From Macrostomum hystrix (taxonomy: Eukaryota; Animalia; Platyhelminthes), in contig CATNEN010000005.1 in assembly GCA_950097015.1 (NCBI GenBank), forward strand, positions 4,898,001-4,962,000: a DNA stretch of 64,000 nucleotides, in the 5' to 3' direction. A program made the translations under genes and the position numbers. Position 1 is the first letter of the stretch. Each line of letters begins with the position of its first letter. Of the stretch, positions 50,279 through 61,200 are shown piece after piece. The notes beneath the pieces were generated by a model, which saw only the letters and a list, made by a program, of their open reading frames with translations, searched no databases and had not been told where the DNA came from.

Positions 50279-52969
50279 ATGAGTCTGATTTCCTTAGCTA
50301 CACTGCTCGTGGCTGTCCTGCCGCTAGTTTCCACAGCTCCTCATTTACCGCCGACGCATCGGCCACTGTGCCAGCCTGGCGTTAATCCGCCACCGAATCG
50401 ATTCAATTCGACTGCCAGATTGAACCAGCTGCGAGACAGAATGACCAAGATCCAGATGAATTGGTACCTGGAGACCGGACTCAATAGGATGCTGTCCGCG
50501 CCGCAACCGAGTGAACAGTACCGAAACTGGCTCAGCGGATTCACTGGATCTAGTGGTAATTTACAGCATAAATTTATAGTGATGATCAACTCTGAATCTG
50601 TGTCGCGTTTAACAGCTTTATGAAGCAGAATTAAACTCCGCTTGTGGAATTGACACAGTTTGTATCGCAGGGTGCTGCTAGGTGATGGAGGAAAATGGGC
50701 CCGCTGCAAATCGAAAGAGGAAAGCTTTCTAAATACCTCGGTGGCATCACCCCAAATCCTCGGTGGCGTCACCCCAAATCCCCGGTGGCGTCACCCCTTC
50801 AAATCCCCGGTGGCGTCATCCCAAATCCTCGGTGGCGTCACCCCAAATCCCCGGTGGCGTCACTCCAAATCCCCGGTGGCGACCCCTTCAAATCCCCGGT
50901 GGCGTCATCCCAAATCCCCGGTGGCGTCATCCCAAATCCCCGGTAGCGTCACCCCAAATCCCCGGTGGCGTCACCCTAAATCCGTGGTGGCGCCAACGTA
51001 AATTAAATCTTAGTCTCGTAGACGTAATAAATTTAGTTTATTTTTTAGAATCAATAGGCGTACTATACGTTGTACTAATAAAACGCGACAACTCTAGTGT
51101 TCTGGAAATTCTCGATATTGATGTCTTCACTTCCCCTACCAGGACAGGTAAAGATATTATTCATAAACCATCCGTATAAATATAATTCCAGGGCAAGTAA
51201 TGATTACTATAAGCGACGCCTATTTGTTCACGGACACGCGGTACACTCTGCAAGCTGATCAGGAGCTCCAGTGCGACTGGTACATCTACGACTCAACTAG
51301 TCTGGAAGAATGGGTCAAGACGTACAATGGCTCCGTCGCCAAGCTGGCTGTCGATTCTAGACAGATTCGCGCGAGTACCTACGGCGGTTTGCAAGGCAAC
51401 CCGCTAGTTACACTGCAGCCGTTGCAGTCGAATCTCGTAGATGAGATCTGGGTTGACAATAGGCCCCAAGCGATTTCTCAGGACATCTACCCGCTGGCGC
51501 TGAACTACACAGGCAAAACATGGCAGGCCAAGGTTGACCAGATGCGCACCCAGGCCTTGGGTAGTAGCACAGACAAAGCTGATTTCTTAGTCGTCAGCGG
51601 ACTAGACGAGACGGCCTACCTGTTGAATCTGCGCGCCACTGTATTGGCTAGTTTTCCCTACTTTCCTAGCATTGTGTTGCTCTCGACTAACACGATGCAC
51701 CTATTTGTTGACAATACAAGCTACTTCCTAGCCACCGACAGTTTGCGCAAGCATCTAAACCTGAATATTGACGGCTTCTGCGAATCTGGTGCACAGGTCT
51801 GTGTCACTCTGGTTCCGATTGCGCAACTCAGCAACACAACCATTCGCCTGATAACCAACAACACCCGCGTCTGGCTCGACATCAGCTCCTGCTCGTATAG
51901 TGTCCAATCGGCTTTTTCGGCTGCGAAACAGGTGCAAAAAACTACACCCGTTCAACTAGCCAAGTCTGTAAAGAACGCGGCAGAACAGACTGCATACAAG
52001 GACTGCTCTCTAATGGACTCTGCCGCATTGGTGGCATTTCTCAACAAATTAAACCAGCAAGTAGGTGCTGGCGTCAGAATGACGGAACTTTCTGCCAGCG
52101 CACTTCTGGCCAGTTACCGCGGCAAGGTACCCGACTTCCGCGGCCTGAGCTTCACCGCGATTGCCGCATCTGGCCCCAACGCTGCGGTGATTCACTACCG
52201 ACCAACTGAGGCTACTGATAGAGAAATCACCAGAACTGAGCCATTTCTCCTCGACTCCGGTGGCCAGTACCTGGGCTGCACTACCGACGTCACCAGGACG
52301 CTGTTCTACGGAGACAAGCCCCAGGAAGAAGTTCGAGACGCCTACACTCGAGTCCTGATGGGAGTGATTGATTTGTTTAATCTGACCTGGCCTCAGAGGC
52401 TGAATACGCGTGTTGTAGACTCGTTTGCTCGCCACAACCTGTGGGCAGTGATGAAGGACTACGCCCACGGCACGGGGCACGGCATTGGACTATTCCTCGG
52501 AGTGCACGAAGGACCCAACGGCATTGGCAGGGATTTCCCACTCGTTGAAGGCAACTTTCAGTCGATTGAACCCGGCTACTATCAGCCAGAGTCAGCTGGA
52601 GTACTCGGCTTCGGCATTCGCCTAGAGACGATCAGTGGAGTGAAGAAGAATGGCGATTTCCTGCGCTTCGAGCCAGTCACTTGGGTGCCGTTTGAGCGCA
52701 AGCTGATTAGGCCGGAAATGTTGACCAGTGATCAGCTGCGCTGGCTGAACTGGTACCACGCAGAGTGTCGAAAGCGACTACCGGCTGCGCTGAGTCAGCT
52801 AGGCGAAGAGGCTGCCGTCGGCGAATGGCTGAACGCTGCCACAGAGCCGATTGGCATCGAGGTGAAGTCGGCTGATGGACTGCTAGGACGACGGTCGACT
52901 TGGTCGGCATTTCTGGGCACCGTGGCGCCAGTCCTGCTTGTCAACTTGTTGATTTCCGCTGCCAATTAA
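50279..52969 (+). CDS. Xaa-Pro aminopeptidase (M24B), secreted/GPI-anchored XPNPEP2-like; exons 50279-50555 and 51192-52969 (684 aa)
   Basis: Signal peptide MSLISLATLLVAVLPLVSTA; WLSGFTGSSG|QVMIT..FTDTRY..CDW; metal ligands LLDSGGQYLGCTTDVTRT, HGTGHGIG, SIEPGYY, GIRLE; hydrophobic C-terminal tail; phase-1 GT-AG intron. Confidence 0.93.
50735..50990. repeat. About 22-bp minisatellite (ACCCCAAATCCCCGGTGGCGTC)n in the aminopeptidase intron
   Basis: About 12 copies. Confidence 0.93.
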
Positions 52970-54914
52970 CTGTTTAAATTTGCGGACTGTAACATTTCAA
53001 GCTTAAATTTTCACTCAATTTTGGTTTTATAAGACTGCTGTACTTTGTACTTTCCGCTAAACATCGCTATCGATGTTTACTGATGTCGACGTAGGAGCTG
53101 CGGGAAATAACACTTCGTTATTTCGTGAGTTCAAGAACAAGTTTTGTTTATTGCTCGATATGAGTCATAAAAAGACTTTCCATTCAGCCCTTTTGATTAA
53201 TAAGCAGAAGCAATTGAGTACAGATGCTTTATTTATAGCACCATCGTACAGTATGGTTTTACACACATTCAACAGTGTGTTCGTATTATACGTATTTGCA
53301 AAACGAAAGCCAATTTTTCATTCAGTTTTAATATTTTTATTTTTATTTTCATTTGGCGACGCTTAGTGCATGCACTTCGAGAAACCAAAAAAAAATTATT
53401 TTAGAACTTACAAATACAATATCATTGCAAATAGCTGCATAATACTCTTGGCTTTATTCCAGAGATCATTTCTTCAGTAAGAAAAAACTGTTCAGAATGC
53501 TGTTTCGCAATTCAAATTTATTTAAGTCATTCTAATTGACAGTAAACACGTGATCGCAACCTTAACAAAAATTTCACACTTGCGTCTTGCAAAAGTTGAT
53601 GCGGAACTCTCCGAGATAAAGTCAGAACCAAGTACTGAAAAGCTAGTGACACGTGTTAATTAAAATAATTTAAAGTCAGATTCTATTTAAATTTTCATAT
53701 TATAAATTTAATTTACAAAACTCTAAGCTCTGCCAATAAGAACTTTCGTACTTCAACGGATCGAGGAATTGAGCCACTCGTTATCATAGGTTTTAGATGT
53801 CACAAACAAGACTTTTTTTATTTAGCAGATTAAGTTTCAGATTAATGTCAATTTGTTTGTTTAAAAAACTCCTAATAATGTTCGGCTGGTTTTTATTAAT
53901 TTAGCAAAATTTTAATGGAAATAGCAATAATTTAAACCGAATGAAATATGATTACAATAATATTTATTCAATTACAATTTAAACAAGGTTTTAAAGCTTA
54001 CGGCTTGGTTGCAGCAAGACGTCGTGGATTTCTGCCGGATATGTCATAATTTATTTATAAGTTATTTATAAGTCAGACGCTAAAAAGGCAATAGTAAATG
54101 TGTTTATTTTCTTTCATATTGTCAGAAAGAAACTAGCTAACGTCAACAAATGGTTTCACAATTTGTTTTTCTACTCACGAAAACAGTGCAACGCTGAAAT
54201 TTAAAAGCATTCCCCTGTAATTCAGCCGATAAAAATATAATTCAACAAACTACATTGTTGATTGTATCAAACAAGAAGCAAATGATCAAATAAACTAAGG
54301 TAAGTCATCTTGACTAAAATTCATAACGAAAATTCTAGATTATCTATAATTTGACTGTTTTAAACGTATTTAACTTCCTTGTCCAACAAAAACTCTTTTC
54401 ATAAATTACTATCACTTTTATATGACTAATGTAAAAAACTATAATTCCATCATCTGCTTTTTTAAATCAATCGATGACTGACAGTAATATTTAAATTTAT
54501 TCGACGTCAAATCAAAACTATAAAGTCAATTCTAACATTCTGTACTATATTTTAATTGATAAAATGTGTCCAAAGCTTGCAGTGATACGTTTCTGATTCC
54601 TTGCTCAAACAGATCAAAGTATTTGATCTATTTTAAACGGAACATTTTATAGTTTATTTGAGTTGTGAAAGCAAGATACTTTTTCATTTATGTTTTAAAA
54701 AAAATTCCAATAAAAAACTAGTCATTTACTAGATACATATAATCATAATATGATGCGAAAATTCGCATCTTTATCGACTATTTAAATACCTTAACACGGG
54801 GAAGAAAGTTTAATTAAATTAAATACCCAAAGGGACACAAAAGACTAAATTATTTTATACGAGCTATTAAAGAAAGTGCACAACTGCCATGAAAAGCCTT
54901 GGACTTCACTTAAG

Positions 54915-55232
54915 CATAAAAACGCGACTTGGTCCCTAAAGTTCGATTCCGCGGCGAGGCAACATTCATTCGGGGCGCAGCCGCGGAGAGAAGGCTTGGG
55001 CGCTTGTCGTGCAATTTCCGCACTAGAGGGCCAACCTCCAAGACACAATGAGAGTGTACACTGCCTGACGATGAGGAAGTCTGGGCAGATGTACACCCTG
55101 TGTGCGTGTGTGCTCAGGAGTTAGCGAAATGAGCAGAATTGTCTCTTCGCTGGCTGCGGGTCTAGTGTCACCAAATGATGTGCCACTGCCCGCAGCACTC
55201 CTCCAAGTATTATTACTATTATTATTAATATT
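54915..55232 (+). mobile_element. SINE family A copy directly upstream of the P-protein start
   Basis: GTTCGATTCCGCGG B-box, shared body, (TTA)n-like tail at 55208-55230. Confidence 0.87.
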
Positions 55233-55264
55233 TCAGCTCAGCTATTATAATAAAAATAACGATA

Positions 55265-58200
55265 ATGTCGTCAACAATGCTACTTACTGAACGCGATTCA
55301 TTGTTAAAGCGTCAGCCACAGCCAGCAGTTGTCGATCAGCAACCGTCCTGGCCTCCACTTCGAATCGATCATCGGCAACTTAAGCGCCGCTCGTCTTTTG
55401 ATTTCCTAGATTTGATGCGAGTCCGGAGAACCGGAATCTATTACGCTAAGACTGGCTTTGTGTTCCTGCTGGCCATCGCTTGCTGTGTGAGTTCAGCTTG
55501 CTTTTATTAGTTTCGGTTGAAAGATAATATAGGAATTGTTATTGCTCGTGCATTAGCTTATTTTGGGATTCAGTTTTGATGAACTGACTAATCTATCGGT
55601 AGCTAAATAAAGAATAATTAATTAGAACTATTAAATAATGGTGCTGGAGTGCTGTGGGCTCTGGCATAGATTTTGGTGATAGTAGACCCGCGAGAAGGCA
55701 ATTCTGCCCATTCCGCTGACTCCTGAGCACACGCGCACTCAGGTGTGTACATCTGTCCTGACTTTCTCACCGCAGTGTCAGGCAGTGTACACTCTCACTG
55801 TGCCTTGGAGGTTGACATTCAAACGCGTAAATTGCATGACAAGTCACCAGGCCTTCTCTGCACCCAAAATGAATGTGGCCTCGACGCGGAATCGAGCTCA
55901 GGAACCTTGGTGTGAGAGGAGAACGCGTTCGACCGCTCTGCCTCTGCCACTCACCCTCCTGAAGTTAGACCATAGACAAATATAGAAAGAATGAAATTAA
56001 ACCCATCTCATTTTTTCGATGAAAAAATCACATTACTCGTATATTGTCATTCAGTGCTTAATTCGCAATGTTGTAAAGAATTATTGCGGGGGCAGAAATT
56101 TTCGGTGGTGTGGTGTCCCCCCCAGTCCATGGACTGAACGTGGGTGTAGACAGCCTTTGGAAGCCCCGTAATGATTCAAAGACAAAATTTTTTAATTCAG
56201 GCCATCATCGCTGCAACACCGGAGAAGACGCCAATGACGCATCTGTACACCGTGAGCAGTGTTCGTGCGCCCAGTGAGTAGAGAAATGCGACTTAGTTTT
56301 TTTTAATGCACTATTTTCCTGCGGTTAGGGTTAGGGTTAGGGTTAGGGTTAGGGTTCAACTAAATTGAATAATTTAACAGCCCAAACATTGGTCGAGTAA
56401 TAATAATAATAATAATAGTCACATAGTAAACACAGGCTTTGCATTGGACCCACTGAGTGTATTTGTAGGCCTTATCTGTTTACTGACAAACTAGTTCTCT
56501 CATTTCCTAGGTCAGCGGTTTCGTCGGCTCTAAATTGCCGACGAAATTTTTGAAATGAATTTATTGACAACAATTTAACAGATAAGCTTTATCGAAACTT
56601 TCAAAGTTATGGTTGAAAATAGTTTACTTAAGGGCAGTGAGCTCTTAGGCGCATATTTATGAATTCAAAGTATTTAATATTTGTAACCAAGTAGCGCATA
56701 AAATTGCTAAACAAAACAAGACCTGTTGGACTTCGATTTTATCTGTTAGAGAAATGGGAAAACCAGTTAGACAGGCACACACCTGCTAGACATGCACAGA
56801 CCTGTTAAACAAGCACACACCTGTTAGACAATTACACACCTGTTAGACAATTACACACCTGTTAGACAAGTACACACCTGTTAGACAATTACACCCCTGT
56901 TAGACAATTACACACCTGTTAGACAAGTACACAACTGTTAGACAATTACACACCTGTTAGACAAGTACACAACTGTTAGACAATTACACACCTTTTAGAC
57001 AATTACACACCTGTTAGACAAGTACACACCTGTTAGACAAGTACACACCTGTTAGACAAGTGCACACCTGTTAGACAAGTACACACCTGTTAGACAAGTA
57101 CACACCTGTTAGACAAGTACACACCTGTTAGACAAGTACACACCTGTTAGACAAGTGCACACCTGTTAGACAAGTACACACCTGTTAGACAAGCACACAC
57201 CAGTAAGAAAAGTGCAAACCTGTTAGAAAATGACGAAACCTAATTTATTGCTTCGCACACAAAGATATTTTAAACCGATTTCAGCCATCAACGTGACACC
57301 GTCGATACACTCCTATTCGGTGCTGTTGGTTCGACTAAAAGGTGCTCTACTGTACTCGGCCGGACCGCATTCAGCTAATTTGACTGTCACTGTGGATCAT
57401 CTGCTGCTTAACGAAGACAACTCCACTGTGGAATCACAGGTAAAGGAACCCTGGTTTCTCTAGCTTGAACAATATAAAAACAGTTACTTGAAAACACTTA
57501 CAGAATTGGACCGTGCCCATTCAGCCAACCATTGTGAATGACTTATCCGAAGAGATTGTACGAGAAATGTACTTTCCACTTGGACAGACGGCGTAAGGTC
57601 TACTTCCTTTGTTATCTAGGTGCAGCGCAAAATTTTCCAATTTCAGACACAGCTCTCCCATGTTAGACACAGCTCTCCCATGTTAGACACAGCTCTCCCA
57701 TGTTAGACACAGCTCTCCCATGTTAGACACAGCTCTCCCATGTTAGACACAGCTCTCCCATGTTAGACACAGCTCTCCCATGTTAGACACAGCTCTCCCA
57801 TGTTAGACACAGCTCTCCCATGTTAGACACAGCTCTCCCATGTTAGACACAGCTCTCCCATGTTAGACACAGCTCTCCCATGTTAGACACAGCTCTCCCA
57901 TGTTAGACACAGCTCTCCCATGTTAGACACAGCTCTCCCATGTTAGACACAGCTCTCCCATGTTAGACACAGCTCTCCCATGTTAGACACAGCTCTCCCA
58001 TGTTAGACACAGCTCTCCCATGTTAGACACAGCTCTCCCATGTTAGACACAGCTCTCCCATGTTAGACACAGCTCTCCCATGTTAGACACAGCTCTCCCA
58101 TGTTAGACACAGCTCTCCCATGTTAGACACAGCTCTCCCATGTTAGACACAGCTCTCATTCTCATTCGCGTGTCGCAGTCACATTGGCCAAGATCGTCTA

Positions 58201-61200
58201 AGAATTCGGCTGAGCACGGATCACTCGCACTCGCTGCCAGTCATCCTCGCCTACGAGACTTTGGCCGACGCGATTCGCAACGAAGTTCTCTACGCTGGCA
58301 TTGTGCTAGCATTTGTCTATGGCCTGATCACCTTCGAATTGGCGCATAGGGCCCTGGCGGCCATGCTGGGCTCGCTGATGAGCGTGGCTGCTCTGTCTCT
58401 GGTGAACCGGCGCCCCAGCCTTGCCGAGGTGATTTCATGGCTGGACTTTGAAACTCTCAGCCTATTGTTCGGCATGATGGTCATGGTTGGCATTTTCTCC
58501 GAGTCTGGATTCTTCGACTGGCTGGCTGTGGCCGCCTACCGATTGGCCAGGGGGCGCAAGGCCACCCTGACCACCCTGCTGTGCCTATTCGCTGCTGCAG
58601 TATCCGCTTTTCTAGACAATGTCACCACCATCCTGCTGATGGCGCCTGTCACTATTCGACTGTGTGAGCTGCTGCGGATGGATCCTAGGCAACTGCTCAT
58701 TGCTCAGGTACTCATAGCTCAGGCACTCATTGCTCTGGTACTCATTGCTCAGGCACTCATTGCTCAGGCACTCATTGCTCAGGCACTCATTGCTCAGGCA
58801 CTCATTGCTCAGGTACTCATTGCTCTGGTACTCATTGCTCAGGCACTCATTGCTCAGGCACTCATTGCTCAGGTACTCATTACTCAGGTACTGATTGCTC
58901 AGGTACTAATTGCTGAAGTACTCATTTCTCCCGTGTCCCATCTCTGCCGTGTCTCATCTCCCTCGTGTCTCATCTCTCCCGTGTCTCATCTCTCCCGTGT
59001 CTCATCTCTCCCGTGTCTCATCTCTCCCGTGTCTAATCTGTTCCGTGTCTCATTTCTCCCGTGCCTCGTCAGACGAATCTCTTTTGAGTCTTATCTATCA
59101 GTTTAAGAAGTTTTGGTGGTTTCTGTACTGTATTAATTTTCTCTCTGAGCATAGTTTTTGCGACCCAAGCATTGTATGAGATTGGTCTCATAGTTCTAAG
59201 AACGGCAAGAGACGTAGCTGCACTTTTTTGAGATGTTTTCGATCATCCTATTCACTGAGTAGACCCCAATTATTCACCAGGTGATGTTCTCCAACATCGG
59301 CGGCGCAGCCACCGCAGTAGGCGATCCGCCGAACATCATCATCGCCTCCAGTGCTGAACTAACTGCCCAGGGAGTCAGCTTTGCCGGCTTCACTCTGCAC
59401 ATGACCCTGGGCGTGCTGCCAGCCGCCATGGCAGCGTATATTCTATTCCGCCTGGTCTACTGGCGTGACGAAACCACGGCATCAGCTGGCAACACCTCCG
59501 AGGACAGAGCGGCTGCGGCGGCGGCTCAGGCAGCTGACGAGCTTCGTCGGGAAGCTGAGGTGTGGCGCCGGACAGCCTACGGATTTTCAGTGACCACTCG
59601 GGAGCAGGCGGCTGTCAAGGCGATGCTGGAGGCTCGGATCTGTGAGCTGGAGCATCGCATGGTGACAGTTGAACAGCCGCCACCTGACACCGCAGCTGCC
59701 GATTCGTCTCGAACATTCGAACAGAATCTGGCCGAGCTGAGCAGGAAGGTAATGAAACCTTTAGGACTTAAAGACTAGAGAGAACACGGGTGGTGTTTCA
59801 AATACCCACTGCCTACTTCACAATCTGTCGAAACCGAATGACCGATTTTCGTGAAGATCCACGATATGGTTTACGATGAAATAGCTTTCAAAGCCGTTCG
59901 ACGTAAGCATCGTCAAGAAATTCATTGATTCTTGTCGAAAATTCTGGTGACAAGGACACGGCGAATCCACATTGGTTCCATAGCCAGGCGTCCTCTTCGT
60001 CGCCTTGAAGAGCAGCTGAGAGCAGCTCAAAGACAACTGCGCTGCCAAAGCTGACATTGAAGAAGCCTTGTCTTCAGTCGTCAGTCAGTAGACGTAATCG
60101 ATGACGCTGGTGACTGCAATCCTGAGAACAGACGTCCCTGCGACTGATAGCATTAACATGAATTGTTTGAAGCCGATATGGTTCATTATAGAACTTTGTG
60201 AGAAGAAAAATTATGCCTATAGTGGTGGTTTTCGTCAGATCACAGTCCGACAAGAATCGTTGAATAACTTGACGATGTTGACGTCGGACGGCTTTGAAGT
60301 TAGTTCATTGTAAAGTGTGAACAATTCTGATCCATATGGTGGAGTTTCACGAAAACAGGTCTTTGTTTTGGGAGCTATCGAAAAGTTGGCAGTGGCAATT
60401 TGAATATTTCGACGATGCCGATGTTTTGTGATTCTGGAAGTGATTCTCCTATTAATTAACTAGAGTTACATGATAAGACCTTTGAACTTATGGTCGAGAG
60501 TTCCAGAGTTCGAATCTCATGGCAACCAGACAGATCTGATATTCCTTAAAAAACACATCTGTTACTTACAGTAGCTAGATAAGAGGATTAATGGAAAGTA
60601 TAATAAATTTATTTCAATGCTTAATTTCTGATCTCTGACAACCAAATTTTAGTACAAAATCAAGGACAATGAGCTTCTACTCAAATGCTTTATTGTTATC
60701 GTTGGAGTCGTTTTGCTGTTCTTCATTTATTCTACTGTGCCGTCGCTTCACTTGGATCTGGGTGAGAATCAGGTCTTTGTGAGTAGCCAAATTACATAGC
60801 ATAAATTAAAGTTAAAACGTCCAAGTTTTTATCTAATTTTTATTTTGCGTGCATAGGTTATGGGCGTTGACAACTCCATTTACAATTTTAAGGCGCTTTT
60901 GTCAGACATTGTTCAAGACATTAGACACAGCTCTCCCATGTTAGACACAGTTCAATTGGTATTAGACACAGTTCAATTGGTATTAGTCACAGTTCAATTG
61001 GTATTAGACACAGTTCAATTGGTATTAGACACAGTTCAATTGGTATTAGACACAGTTCAATTGGTATTAGACACAGTTCAATTGGTATTAGACACAGTTC
61101 AATTGGTATTAGACACAGTTCAATTGGTATTAGACACAGTTCAATTGGTATTAGACACAGTTCAATTGGTATTAGACACAGTTCAATTGGTATTAGACAC

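Noticed and set aside
50660-51179. Extra aminopeptidase exon or PNPRWRH ORFs
   Set aside because: The candidate acceptor gives an immediate in-frame stop; the direct 50555-51192 join already restores the homologous sequence
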